DNA of 64,000 bases, taken from the IMG/VR virus record IMGVR_UViG_3300048590_001376. The stretch is one strand, 5' to 3'. The notes beneath the pieces were generated by a model. That model did no database searches. It was not told the origin of the DNA and saw only the letters and a program-made list of their open reading frames with translations. This document shows positions 18,477-28,117 of this stretch, in pieces (positions within the stretch are counted from its first letter, which is position 1; every line of letters starts with the position of its first letter). This DNA is from a virus. Its lineage: Duplodnaviria; Heunggongvirae; Uroviricota; Caudoviricetes. The position numbers and the translations under genes are program-made.

Positions 18477-20117
18477 TTAGGACTGCATATCGGTGATGCG
18501 GTAGCCCGCGCCACCCAGTTCCAGTTGACCGCCGAAGCGCGCCCGCAAGATGATCATGCGGGTGTTGCGACGAGCCAGATCGGCATCCTCGGTGACGACG
18601 CGAATGCCGAAACCGCTGCGCCGATACATGCGATAACGGTTCATGCAGAAGAAACCGGCGTCCGCATTGTCGATCGATTCGTTGATCTTGTGCGGATGGC
18701 CCAGCAGCTCGTAGCTCTCGTGGTCCATGCCGAACACGCGGCGAGCGTCCGAAGCGCCAACCGGAATGCCACGAGCGCGACTGTAGGTCGTCTCGTTGGT
18801 GATATATACCGAACGAGCACGGCCTGCCTCGGTGCGGAACTCCTTCTTGACGCCAAACAGCAGCGCCTCGTAATCGTCGATTTCCGGCGGGCCAACAGCG
18901 CCGTTTTCGCTGGTCGTGGTGGTGACGGCGCTCGACACAAACAAGCCTTCCGGCCGATCGGTGCCGTTGCCACTCGTGACTACGTTGTCCAGCTCCTGTT
19001 GGAAGCGAACACCATAGCGATCGACCAAGGCATCGCCAATTGCGACCGGGCTGTCGGCCTCGAAGTCCAGGCCGGACTCGATCGCGCCGGTGATCGGATG
19101 GATGTTCGTATCGAACGCGGCAATAAAGGCGTCGGTGTCGAACAGGCCGATCGACGTGCCTTCCGAAACGCCCCAGGAGAGCGTCGGGTTGCCGATCGAC
19201 ACACCTTCGATGCGACGCCGGGTGACGTTTCGCACCGTGACCAGCGGGTAGATTTCGCCAGTCAGCAGCGGCGTGAAGATAACCAGATCGTCGAACTCGA
19301 TCGGCACAGCTTCCAGACCGCCGGAGAGCGTGTCATCGAGCAGCGTCTTGCGATGCAGCTCGTTGTGAATGCGATTGCCCTTCGACCAGAACTGCGCTTC
19401 CTCGCCTTTGTCGTCCGCGCCGACCGGACCCACGAACTTGCATTCGTGGACCGCGTACTGGCAGAGCTGCCAGTCCTCTTCGGTCATCCGCATGGCGGGC
19501 GGAATGGCCTGACGGTGAGCGTTGCAGCTCTTGTTGACCATCAGCTTGAACCAGGCGCCGGCGATGGCCTTCTGGCGATCGCTGGGCACGTCCAGGCGGC
19601 GCGGCGCGATATCGCAGTTCTCGTCGATGCCCACGCCGGTCATCACCGGGCGACCGGAGAATTCCTTACGGAACATCTGGTCGCGGCCGCGGTACATGTC
19701 CCAGGTCGCCCCGGTGCGAGAATCGTCGAAGCGCTCGACGATCGACTTGACGCGCACGCGAGCCTCGTCGTTGTACTCGCCCAGCGCGCTGCCGGCCATG
19801 GCGTAAGCCTTGCGGCCCAGCCCGGTCGAAGCATCGGCCCCGTCGCCGCCGGCCGGCTGCGCCTTGGTGATCGTGGTCAGCATCTTCTCCTCGAACTTGC
19901 TGAATCGATCCTCCATCCGCTTGTCCAGGTCCGAGAAAAATTCCTCGCGGGCCTGCGCGTTCGGGGTGACGGTCAATTCCTTGACCTTTTTCGGCTCCAG
20001 CTTCTCATCGAGAATCGCCGTCTGGACCGCCTCGCGCACGGCAGCGTCGTCCGCGTCGGCAGCCAGACCGAAGTTGGCGACCATGTGCTGTTTCAGTTGC
20101 GGTGTGACCTTTAACAC
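18477..20117 (-). CDS. Major capsid protein with an HK97-like fold and an N-terminal coiled-coil delta/scaffold-like domain.
   Basis: About 546 aa. Its size and position after the protease are typical, and the C-terminal region looks like an HK97-family capsid. A strong AAGGAGG SD lies 7 nt before the GTG at 20115-20117. The TTG at 20123 is too close to the SD to be the start. Confidence 0.55.
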   Translation of the reverse strand: MLKVTPQLKQHMVANFGLAADADDAAVREAVQTAILDEKLEPKKVKELTVTPNAQAREEFFSDLDKRMEDRFSKFEEKMLTTITKAQPAGGDGADASTGLGRKAYAMAGSALGEYNDEARVRVKSIVERFDDSRTGATWDMYRGRDQMFRKEFSGRPVMTGVGIDENCDIAPRRLDVPSDRQKAIAGAWFKLMVNKSCNAHRQAIPPAMRMTEEDWQLCQYAVHECKFVGPVGADDKGEEAQFWSKGNRIHNELHRKTLLDDTLSGGLEAVPIEFDDLVIFTPLLTGEIYPLVTVRNVTRRRIEGVSIGNPTLSWGVSEGTSIGLFDTDAFIAAFDTNIHPITGAIESGLDFEADSPVAIGDALVDRYGVRFQQELDNVVTSGNGTDRPEGLFVSSAVTTTTSENGAVGPPEIDDYEALLFGVKKEFRTEAGRARSVYITNETTYSRARGIPVGASDARRVFGMDHESYELLGHPHKINESIDNADAGFFCMNRYRMYRRSGFGIRVVTEDADLARRNTRMIILRARFGGQLELGGAGYRITDMQS

Positions 20118-20182
20118 GTTCAAACCTCCTTGAAAGAACCGCGACTTTCACAGGGTCGCGAGCTGTTGGCAAAAAACGCTCT

Positions 20183-21796
20183 TTAATTCAGCAGCGGCTC
20201 CAGCGGTTCAAGCTGCTGTTCAACGGTTTTAATCGCATCGAGCAGAGCGCTGCCGGCCAGGGCGGCAGCCTCTTCGTCGGCCATGAACAGGGCCGCGCAA
20301 GTTTTGCGAGTCAGTTGCTCCAGGCTGTCCGAAGCGATCGGCGCGAGCGGTGCGCCCAAGCTGGCCAGGGCCTTCGTGACAACCTGGGGCTTGATTTCGA
20401 CCGCTTCGGGTGTTCCCGTCCATGCCGGCAGACCGGCATCGTTCATCGCCCACGACGAGCGATAGCAGGCGTGCTTGCCGCCGTGGTAGATGCAGAAGAT
20501 CGCCGAGTCAGCAAACGTGGCGACCATGCTGGCCCCATCGTCGTAGCTCGGCAGATCGGTTGCGCCGCTAGCGCATAAGTGAGACACCGCCGTCCGGCGC
20601 AGTTTGTGGGCGACCCACTCGAAGGAACCTTCGAGATAGTCATCCATGATGCCGTACATGCCTTTGGTCGACAGCTCGCCGGACGACTTGGCGACCAGCG
20701 CGTCGAGCGACTTGCGGTAAACAGGCACTTCGGACGGATCGAAGTTGGCCAGATCGATCAACGACTGGCCCACTGCCCGTAGCTTCCCCTTGGTTTCCAG
20801 CGAGATTTCGCTGCTCTTGTTTTTATTGCAATCGCAGGTGCCGTCTGGCTTCATGCCGGGACAGCCGCCGGGCCTCTTTTTCTTGCGGCGCTTTTTGGCG
20901 GTTGCGGTCGTTTCCGGCGGCGTGGCCTCCGTGCCACCGGACGTGTCGTCATCGGCCAGCATCTTGCCAGCCAGGTCCGCGCCGGAAACTTGTGTCGGTC
21001 GCTGGTCGAAGATGTTCTTCGCCCAGGCTTTGACCATTTCGTGTTGCAGCATGCCGCGGCTGTGAGCCGTGGCCAGGCCGTCGAATTCCTTCGTGGCCCA
21101 AACGCTGCCTTCACCCGCGTAAACATCGAGCACCCGGCCATCAGAGTTGGCCGGGATCGAGCACAGCGTTCCCTCGTACACGTTGGCCTTTTTGACGTGC
21201 CAGCCGATGGGAATCTGCTGGCCGTTCAAGCCTTTCTTGAAACCGCGCGGCTCGAAGTCGCTGGGGATAAATCCATGGCTCATCCGCAGCGCCTTCATCC
21301 GCGTGAGCACGGCGGCATCGCGGCCCAACTCGGTGTCGGCAATGGCAAACTGACACTTGACCCACTTGTCGTTCTGGTCGAGCAGTTTGACGTGCCGGCC
21401 GATCGGCTGGAGCTTGATGTGGTGCCATAACAGCGGCATATCCACGTCAATCGCCAGACCCTTCGACTCCAGGACATCGCCGTCCCGGTCCAGATTGGAC
21501 GAGGACAGGATGCCGTCGAACATGAGGATCGCGCCATCCGGCAAGTCGCTGCCGTCGCGCAGCGACTTGATCCGCATGTCCTCATCGCCCCAAGTGAGGC
21601 GCGAGGCAGCTTCGGCAATTTCCTTTTGCCACAGATCGCCCGACGCCAGATTAAAAATCTTGGTCGGGCACAGCGCGCTCTCGCCCTGGCCGAAGCATGG
21701 CAACAGGCCGCCGATGTCGCGAGCGGCCGTGCCGATGCCCCAGAGCGCGTCGCGCTCGCCGAGCGATTTCAGGATGGCTTCAATGTCGAGCTTCAT
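20183..21796 (-). CDS. Prohead protease (HK97/S78-like) fused to a C-terminal scaffold-like region.
   Basis: The LLWHH...LQPIG...DTELGRDAAVLTRMKALRMSHGF motif resembles the HK97 prohead protease. The gene encodes 537 aa and carries about 330 extra C-terminal residues. Confidence 0.6.
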   Translation of the reverse strand: MKLDIEAILKSLGERDALWGIGTAARDIGGLLPCFGQGESALCPTKIFNLASGDLWQKEIAEAASRLTWGDEDMRIKSLRDGSDLPDGAILMFDGILSSSNLDRDGDVLESKGLAIDVDMPLLWHHIKLQPIGRHVKLLDQNDKWVKCQFAIADTELGRDAAVLTRMKALRMSHGFIPSDFEPRGFKKGLNGQQIPIGWHVKKANVYEGTLCSIPANSDGRVLDVYAGEGSVWATKEFDGLATAHSRGMLQHEMVKAWAKNIFDQRPTQVSGADLAGKMLADDDTSGGTEATPPETTATAKKRRKKKRPGGCPGMKPDGTCDCNKNKSSEISLETKGKLRAVGQSLIDLANFDPSEVPVYRKSLDALVAKSSGELSTKGMYGIMDDYLEGSFEWVAHKLRRTAVSHLCASGATDLPSYDDGASMVATFADSAIFCIYHGGKHACYRSSWAMNDAGLPAWTGTPEAVEIKPQVVTKALASLGAPLAPIASDSLEQLTRKTCAALFMADEEAAALAGSALLDAIKTVEQQLEPLEPLLN

Positions 21797-21854
21797 TTGT
21801 GCGACTCACCTACTGGCCAGCGTTCAGTCCAATCGCTCCCGGCGGCCAACTCGG

Positions 21855-22316
21855 TTAGTTGACCTTAACCATCGACAACTGGGCCTCCTTGACCGTCACG
21901 TCGTTGCCCGAAGCATCGACAGCGATGACCATCAGTTCGACGTAATCGTCGATGGCCAGTTCCAGCGGCCAGTTGCAGATCGACAGGCTCTGCGGCAAGT
22001 CGACCGCCGTGTGGTTCATCAGTGCCTTGGTGCCAGTGACGATCGTGCCGTTCTTGGCCAGCGCGATGCCCACCTGGCCCGCGGCGTCGCCCGACGTGCC
22101 CGACAGGTCGTCCAGCTCGCCAGTGAGCTGCGCGGAAACGATGTACTGACCGGGAGTGTTGGCGGTGAGCCGGCTGTTGGCCGTATCGATTTCCACGTCA
22201 TTGCGACCATGACGGCTGACGGCATTGGCGGACCAGCCAGTCACCTTGCGGCCGGTGGCGCGAGCGTTGAAGTTCGTCGAGCCGCCAGTGATGTACATCG
22301 AGCCATGAGCGTTCAT
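21855..22316 (-). CDS. Hypothetical head-module protein.
   Basis: 153-aa ORF. Confidence 0.4.
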   Translation of the reverse strand: MNAHGSMYITGGSTNFNARATGRKVTGWSANAVSRHGRNDVEIDTANSRLTANTPGQYIVSAQLTGELDDLSGTSGDAAGQVGIALAKNGTIVTGTKALMNHTAVDLPQSLSICNWPLELAIDDYVELMVIAVDASGNDVTVKEAQLSMVKVN

Positions 22317-22404
22317 GTGTTTTCTCCGACAGTTAAAACGAAAAGCCCCGTATCGAACGCGAATGTTCGACCGGGGCTTAGTGGTGGTGATCGCCGCGGC
22401 TGAA

Positions 22405-22587
22405 TCAGGTTATTTGCAGATCGTCTTCAACTTGCGCCTTGCACAGTTCGCCGCGCGAGTTGTAGTGAAAGGTCGCCCGGACTTGGCCGGCTACAGCCAG
22501 CTTGCGTTGCGGAGTGGCGAGGACTTTAATCAGGTCCATCGCTGCCCGCAAGCGGTCTTCGGGCGACATTTCCTTTTCTTTTGCCAT
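22405..22587 (-). CDS. Small hypothetical protein.
   Basis: 60-aa ORF. Confidence 0.3.
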   Translation of the reverse strand: MAKEKEMSPEDRLRAAMDLIKVLATPQRKLAVAGQVRATFHYNSRGELCKAQVEDDLQIT

Positions 22588-22642
22588 GATGATGCTAGGT
22601 GTGGTGTCGAAGATCGGTCAACGGTTCGCGCACGGGAATTTT

Positions 22643-23230
22643 TCACAGCCACTGCACGAAACAATCGCAGCGGGGATGCAGGGGCGGCCCCCGGCCCTTA
22701 AAAGGCTTGGCATTTCGCTCCAGGCACTCGCTGCACGACTTCCCGGTCGCCCGCCAGATCGCCTTCAGCCCCAGCGGGATCGCCAGCGACGTTTCGGCAT
22801 CGGTCCAGGCTTGCGTGACTTCGGTAATCGCGATCGTCTGCGCCCGCCCGCGGCCGAAAGCCTGCTGGAATAGCGAGCGGACTTGCAGATCGTTTTCGGT
22901 CGGCTTGGCCAGCAGATTGCTGGTGTGAACCGTCAGTAACCCGGCCAGGTTTTTCGAGTAGTTGGTAGCCCAGACTTGCGCGGCGGCTTGCGAGTCGCCG
23001 GCCAGATCGAACTGCGAGCGGAAACTGCGGTGCGCTCGCTGGTAGGTGCTGGCCAGCGCGGATTGCAATCGCGAGGCGAGCTTGATTTCTTGCTCGGCCC
23101 AGAACGCACTAGTTAGCCCGGCGCCACTGGCGAGCTGCGCGTTGACGGCGCGGCGCTGCACCGAGAGGGCCTTGTAAGCTGCGGCTTCCATAGCCGCTTC
23201 GAGTGTGGTCCGACCGTGAACCGCGGGCAT
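22643..23230 (-). CDS. Head morphogenesis protein of the SPP1 gp7 / Mu F family.
   Basis: C-terminal KGRGPPLHPRCDCFVQW matches the PP.HPNCRC signature of this family. Start taken at the ATG at 23228-23230, 1 nt after the stop of the upstream gene. The Arg-rich N-terminal extension in the ORF track is rejected. Confidence 0.6.
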   Translation of the reverse strand: MPAVHGRTTLEAAMEAAAYKALSVQRRAVNAQLASGAGLTSAFWAEQEIKLASRLQSALASTYQRAHRSFRSQFDLAGDSQAAAQVWATNYSKNLAGLLTVHTSNLLAKPTENDLQVRSLFQQAFGRGRAQTIAITEVTQAWTDAETSLAIPLGLKAIWRATGKSCSECLERNAKPFKGRGPPLHPRCDCFVQWL

Positions 23231-23231
23231 G

Positions 23232-23585
23232 TCAGTATTGCGACCAATCATCCTTTGGGGTGTCATCGCCAGGCAGTTCGCCGTCTGCGCCGTCGGAAAT
23301 GACGAGTACACTGTCGGCGGTCGGCTTGGCATCGCGGATCGTCTTGAGCAGCCCGCGCGCCGTCGTGAGAACCGAGTTGTTCGTTGGCGGCGCGTCGCGC
23401 AGCGCCTTGCCAAGCTGCTGAATGAGCGACATGACTTGCTGCGACCAGCCATGCTCGCGGACATGGATCAGCTCGCCGTGGTCTTCGACGGAGAGCGTGT
23501 CGATCCACTTTCCCAGGTCGCTATAGCCGCGCGTCGTGGCGATCTTGTCGGCCACCCGGTCGTCGATGATTGCGTAGTAACTCAT
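23232..23585 (-). CDS. Hypothetical acidic protein.
   Basis: 117 aa with an ATGA overlap with the upstream gene. Confidence 0.45.
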   Translation of the reverse strand: MSYYAIIDDRVADKIATTRGYSDLGKWIDTLSVEDHGELIHVREHGWSQQVMSLIQQLGKALRDAPPTNNSVLTTARGLLKTIRDAKPTADSVLVISDGADGELPGDDTPKDDWSQY

Positions 23586-24412
23586 TTGCCGCGCTGCTTT
23601 CGCTTAAGTGCTTCAAATTCGGAATCGCTCAGGGCCATGAGCTTTTTGATTTCGGCTACGCTCTTGGCTTTGTATTGGGCCTTCGCGCGAAACGCACCCG
23701 TCCCCCGGCAGTAATACAGATTGTGCCCAGTATACTGATGCGCGTTCTTGCCGCCGGAGAATTCTTTTTGCCCATCATAGATGATCAGGTGCGTTGGCCT
23801 CTTGCCGCCAGCCCATTCTTTTTTGCGCTGGTTGCTCTCCGGGTGGACTGTCACTTTGCCGTTCTTATTGTCGACCATCGCTTTGACTTCAACGCCGTGC
23901 AGCTTCCCGTTGATCTTGATCGTATTGTCCATCGGCTTGTTGTCATCGGTGCGCTTCGCGCCGAGCTTGCGAGCGATCATGGCTTCCACTTTGTCGGCGA
24001 ACGCCTGCTTCTCTTTTGTCGACGGCTTGTACGTCGCCTTCGCCCGCTCGGCCTTCGACGTGAGCGGCTTTTGTTCGGGAACTCGCGAGGCCCCTGATTT
24101 CGCAGCGGTCTTTGGTTTGGCGGCCGGCTTCGCCTTGGCGGCCGGCTTCGCCTTGGCGGCAGGTTTCGCAGCGGCAGTCCCACGCTTGCCACCACTGCCA
24201 CGGCCGGAGCAGAACTGCCCGCCGCGCGGGCCTGCGGGCAAGTGACAGGCGTTGGCTTTGGTGAGTAGGTCTGTGGCTTCATTGAGCAGCGATTCCAGCG
24301 ATTTCTTTCTGGATCGCTTTCGCTGAATCCACGCATCCCCGAACTTGCCGTCCTTGGTTACAGGCACGTTGAATAATTCAGTGAGAATCATAGTAGACCG
24401 AATTTTTCCCAA
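23582..24412 (-). CDS. Lys/Ala/Pro-rich histone H1-like protein with a C-terminal globular region, encoded in the head module.
   Basis: 276 aa with AAKPAAKAKPAAKAKPAAKPK repeats (18-bp DNA tandem repeats at about 24101-24180). An N-terminal motif (CHLPAGPRGGQFCSGRGSGG) is shared with the neighbouring 188-aa gene. Confidence 0.55.
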   Translation of the reverse strand: MGKIRSTMILTELFNVPVTKDGKFGDAWIQRKRSRKKSLESLLNEATDLLTKANACHLPAGPRGGQFCSGRGSGGKRGTAAAKPAAKAKPAAKAKPAAKPKTAAKSGASRVPEQKPLTSKAERAKATYKPSTKEKQAFADKVEAMIARKLGAKRTDDNKPMDNTIKINGKLHGVEVKAMVDNKNGKVTVHPESNQRKKEWAGGKRPTHLIIYDGQKEFSGGKNAHQYTGHNLYYCRGTGAFRAKAQYKAKSVAEIKKLMALSDSEFEALKRKQRGK

Positions 24413-24439
24413 GCGGCATAAGACAACGGGAATGTTTTT

Positions 24440-24449
24440 TTGTCGACAA
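24440..24449. promoter_or_regulatory. Perfect 10-bp palindrome TTGTCGACAA in an AT-richer intergenic region; candidate operator or promoter element.
   Basis: Located in the intergenic region 24413-24537, upstream on the minus strand of the H1-like gene. Confidence 0.3.
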
Positions 24450-24537
24450 GACCCAAAATCACCGCTCGTCCAAATTCAGCGAATCCTTCGGCTGGGTTTG
24501 TTTTTGCATACTTAGACAGCCTTTCGCCTTCCTTTTT

Positions 24538-25104
24538 CTACGCCGCCTTCCAGTCGCTACTGTCGCTACGCATCTGCACTCCGCTTCTCATCCCGGCTTT
24601 TATAACGTCTGCTGCATGCGACAGTTCGTGCGCTAGGGTCGATTCAATCTGATCGCGTCTATCAAAAAATTTAGATGGCCCCTGTGTTGTTATATGCACC
24701 CGACCCATATACGAATCGTAAGCAGCACGTGCGCCTTTCAGGCCGACCGCCTTGCTCATGTCCTCTGATGTTTCATGCACAACGATCGAAACCAACTGGC
24801 TGCTGATCGCACTGGCCATCTTCTCCGGCATATCAGCAACAATTTGAGAGTACGCTTGTTCGACATAAGAAAAGCCCTCTTTGTCCGGGAATGGCTGCGA
24901 CTTTTCTCCTGGACCGGCCCATGAATAGTGGCTAATTGGTACATTGTTCAATAGTTCGCGTTTACTGCCAGTTGCTGGCGGTGCGCCGCCGATGCCGCAT
25001 GATGTAAATTGGCCGCCACCAGTTCGCCCAGCCGGCTTGCGACATAGGTTTCCCCTGATCTTGGCGGCAGCTTTACCAAGCAGCTGGTCGAGCGTCATGC
25101 TCAT
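24538..25104 (-). CDS. Putative zinc metallopeptidase motif (HELSH) protein; possibly a capsid-internal or ejected protein.
   Basis: 188 aa with HELSHAAD (HExxH). The N-terminal motif (CRKPAGRTGGGQFTSCGIGG) is paralogous to that of the downstream gene. ATGA overlap with the portal gene. Confidence 0.4.
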   Translation of the reverse strand: MSMTLDQLLGKAAAKIRGNLCRKPAGRTGGGQFTSCGIGGAPPATGSKRELLNNVPISHYSWAGPGEKSQPFPDKEGFSYVEQAYSQIVADMPEKMASAISSQLVSIVVHETSEDMSKAVGLKGARAAYDSYMGRVHITTQGPSKFFDRRDQIESTLAHELSHAADVIKAGMRSGVQMRSDSSDWKAA

Positions 25105-26792
25105 GTCGCCTTGCCCCCCTTGCCCTTCGGTACCCGCTTCTTCACGGGCGGTTTCTTGGCGGCGGCCTTAGCCTGCTGTTCCTTTGCCCCAATGACAAGC
25201 TCGGTACGTTCCATGTTGAAGCCATGGGCCTGCTCAGCCTGTGCGGCTTGCTGCTCGGCCTGGACATCGCGCATCGGCTGCTTGGCCCGCTCGTCGGTCG
25301 ACGGCTCCATGTTCAGGAATTCGCGGATGTCGTTCTCGCTGGTGATGCCGAGCTGTGCAGCCCATTGCATCTTGGCGAAGTGCATTTCGGCATCGTGCGG
25401 CTCGCACTCTTCGATCCAGGCATAAAGGTCGCCGCCGTCGCTGGGAAACTTGGTGCGGAAGCGGCGAGTCATCACCTGGCTCATCATCACGATCTGCGGA
25501 TTGACCACGTTGGCGCAGAGCGTGTTGTCAGCCAGTGCCGACGAGGCGTAGCTGCTGGCCTCCATTTCGCCGGACGAAATCGGCGATACGCCGTAGCCGC
25601 GATCGATCCGCTTGCCCAGGTGTGTGTCGGTGTTGATGTAGTCCATTTCGGCTGGCGAGTTGGTCCAGGGATAGATGTCCTCGATCAACCCGTCGATGAT
25701 GGCCGGCTCGCCGTGGTGCTCGACGCCAGCGTAAGCGTACTTGACGGCATCGATCAGTTGCCGCCGCTGCTTCGGATTGAGAATGCGGCGCTGGTCCATT
25801 GGGCGGCCATCGGGACCAGGCAAGCGGCCAGCCTTGATGACCACGCCGGGTTTGGGGCCATTGCGATAGCTGGCTAGTTGTGATCGCTGGACGTGCTCGC
25901 CAAGCACGGCGGAAAACGCATTGGCTTGCAGCGGCGACAGAGCGCCGGTCGGGTCTTCCGGGTCCGGCAGATAGAAATAGCACATGTCATCGGCGGGAAT
26001 CGGAATCGGCTTTGTCTGCCCGGTCGGCGTGACATCCCATCGCTCGATCGTGGTGCGCCTGCCGAAGACTGGAGTAACCCAGTGGGCAGGGAACGGCCAG
26101 ATCGACATTTCGCCATTTTCGTCCGGGCCATCGAGATACCAGTAACTCTTGCCGGTGAGCTGCACGCTGGCGGCGGTGAAGTATGACAGGTGCCATCGCT
26201 CCATCAGATCGTTCGGCGTCTCGAACGCCCGCAGCATGGGATGGTTGTGATTAACTTCCATTCCTTCGGCCAGTTGCTTGCGGATGAAGTCTGGCGCCCG
26301 CTGGAATGTCTTGCGCAGAATCGGATCGGCCTGGATGCAATACATGCGCTCGCGGAACATCTTCGTGCGTTCCGGGCCGGCAGTCTGCCGCGACAGGCTG
26401 GTCGGCATCGTGCCAGCGCGGAATTCCTGGCGGGCGATGCGTGTGGCGATCGGACGAATGGCGGTGTAGACGTAGCCGCGGAAGTGCCTGTACTGCTCGC
26501 GGTGATGCTCGGTTTCGCGGTGGCGGCCAAACTCGTTTGAGTGCTGCTGCGAATAGAACGTGCCGCCGGATCGAGCGGACGCGCTGGCGCTGGCGGCCTT
26601 AAGAGACAGCGTGCGGTACTCGTCAGTGCGCCGCCGCGCGTCCGAGAGGATCATGTCGAGCTTCATCGGCGAGCTTCCATTCTCCGCTGTGGCGATCTCA
26701 GCTATCGAGCCACTTAGTTCGCTTCTTTCGTAGTCGGCTTTTTCGCTGCAACCGCCCGCCGACATTGCGAGGGGATTCGAGCCCAATCGCAA
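25101..26792 (-). CDS. Portal protein.
   Basis: 563 aa. Positioned between the terminase and head morphogenesis genes, with an acidic/Gln-rich C-terminus and a basic tail. Confidence 0.55.
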   Translation of the reverse strand: MRLGSNPLAMSAGGCSEKADYERSELSGSIAEIATAENGSSPMKLDMILSDARRRTDEYRTLSLKAASASASARSGGTFYSQQHSNEFGRHRETEHHREQYRHFRGYVYTAIRPIATRIARQEFRAGTMPTSLSRQTAGPERTKMFRERMYCIQADPILRKTFQRAPDFIRKQLAEGMEVNHNHPMLRAFETPNDLMERWHLSYFTAASVQLTGKSYWYLDGPDENGEMSIWPFPAHWVTPVFGRRTTIERWDVTPTGQTKPIPIPADDMCYFYLPDPEDPTGALSPLQANAFSAVLGEHVQRSQLASYRNGPKPGVVIKAGRLPGPDGRPMDQRRILNPKQRRQLIDAVKYAYAGVEHHGEPAIIDGLIEDIYPWTNSPAEMDYINTDTHLGKRIDRGYGVSPISSGEMEASSYASSALADNTLCANVVNPQIVMMSQVMTRRFRTKFPSDGGDLYAWIEECEPHDAEMHFAKMQWAAQLGITSENDIREFLNMEPSTDERAKQPMRDVQAEQQAAQAEQAHGFNMERTELVIGAKEQQAKAAAKKPPVKKRVPKGKGGKAT

Positions 26793-26879
26793 TTCGGTCG
26801 GCGCGACTTAACTCCCACACGCAAGGGCGGTATTGGCCGTCCCTGGTCCAGGTCCAAGCGATTGGCTTGCCGATGGACA

Positions 26880-27137
26880 TCACTTGCCTTCCGGCCGCTT
26901 GTCGAGACCCTTTTCGGCGATCATCGCCGCCACGTCATCCATGTGCAGGCAGTCGCACAGACACGCGCCAGTGATGGCCTGCTGAATCGGCGCGATGTTG
27001 CCGTTGCAGTGGTCGCTGCCGGGAGTGGCGTCATAAAGCACACCTGCGGCCACAATCTGAACTGGACCGCTGCCGTACCCGCCAAGCTGGATGATCTTGT
27101 CGCCGTTCTTCGCTTCACGCCCGTTTCTGTAATGCAC
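26880..27137 (-). CDS. Hypothetical small protein.
   Basis: Start taken at the GTG at 27135-27137, preceded by GGAGG 6 nt upstream. The ORF-track start at 27197 is a TTG codon. Confidence 0.3.
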   Translation of the reverse strand: MHYRNGREAKNGDKIIQLGGYGSGPVQIVAAGVLYDATPGSDHCNGNIAPIQQAITGACLCDCLHMDDVAAMIAEKGLDKRPEGK

Positions 27138-27297
27138 GACGAACCTCCATAGAGTTACCACGGTCGTTTTCCGACGCGGAGACAATCTACTGGGCAATAG
27201 CGCTTTCTGCCTAGGTTTTCGTACCAGATGGCGGCTTTGGCTTCCTGCCGAAACCGCTTGGCGCGGCGGGATTTGATGCGACGAATACGGCGATCGG

Positions 27298-27600
27298 TCA
27301 CTTGATTTTCAGGCTCTCTTCGAGTGTCGCCAAAAATTGCTCAGACTCTCGCCGCAACATCTTGCGGAAGAATTGCTTCTCGTACAGTTCTTTGACGGCA
27401 TCGATCGCGCGGTTGTAAGCCTCTTTTTCCAGGTCGCCCGCGTCGACGTGCTGCGTCGTCTCGACACCAATGAGCTGCCCCAGGTCGTTCATCGCCTCGA
27501 TCGCTTCCGGGCAGGCTCCTGAGAGGCCAAAGAATCGAACGAAGGGCCAGAGGCGGCGGCCGACGCCCTCAAATGCGGCGATGCGTTCTGTGTCGGTCAT
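27298..27600 (-). CDS. Hypothetical protein.
   Basis: 100-aa ORF. Confidence 0.4.
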   Translation of the reverse strand: MTDTERIAAFEGVGRRLWPFVRFFGLSGACPEAIEAMNDLGQLIGVETTQHVDAGDLEKEAYNRAIDAVKELYEKQFFRKMLRRESEQFLATLEESLKIK

Positions 27601-27896
27601 TGCGAAAAACCGATCTTCTGTTGCTGAGTTTCAGGCATGCGCTCGACTTCAATTGATTCGAGCCACAATTCCTTGCGGTCACGACCTTGCCACCAGATGC
27701 ATTTATAGGTGACATGCCGATTTTCCTCGATCATTACGGCGATGACAGTTGCCGGAATTGATTCCGACTTTTCGCGATGATTCCTGTGGCCACCAATTAA
27801 GACTGGCGACCCTGGCTGAATAATTTCGATCATGCTTGCGGCTGCTCCATGCGGGATATGCCTTGCGTCAGCTCGGCTGACTGCCGAGAGAACCAA
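27597..27896 (-). CDS. Hypothetical protein.
   Basis: 99-aa ORF with an ATGA overlap. The start is uncertain because it overlaps the upstream ORF. Confidence 0.35.
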   Translation of the reverse strand: MVLSAVSRADARHIPHGAAASMIEIIQPGSPVLIGGHRNHREKSESIPATVIAVMIEENRHVTYKCIWWQGRDRKELWLESIEVERMPETQQQKIGFSQ

Positions 27897-28117
27897 GCTC
27901 GATTGGCTTCAATGAACTCCATGTTCATTTCATGCAGCGCAGCGAATCGTTTGAGCGACAATTCATGCATGCTGATTTCGTGCTCTAGCCGGCCTACTTC
28001 TTGCGACAGACGGCGATTCTCGAACACCAGCGACTGATCGCCGAGCCGGCGCAGTGGTAACAGGAAAATGCGGTTAAGCCAGTAGAGCATGGAACTCACT
28101 TGAGGAATCGTTTGCAC
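27830..28117 (-). CDS. Hypothetical coiled-coil protein.
   Basis: 95-aa ORF. Confidence 0.3.
   Translation of the reverse strand: MQTIPQVSSMLYWLNRIFLLPLRRLGDQSLVFENRRLSQEVGRLEHEISMHELSLKRFAALHEMNMEFIEANRAWFSRQSAELTQGISRMEQPQA

Noticed and set aside
18465-20114. 549-aa plus-strand ORF
   Set aside because: Antisense to the well-supported major capsid gene. Low-complexity Arg/Ala/Leu composition. Rejected as a GC artefact.
21357-22403. 348-aa plus-strand ORF, and similar plus ORFs at 15570..16286, 44161..45195 and 46735..47736
   Set aside because: Each is antisense to stronger minus-strand genes (protease, CAP lipoprotein, H1-like/DUF488 region, SNF2 helicase). Each has Arg/Ser-rich composition and breaks the otherwise single-strand architecture.
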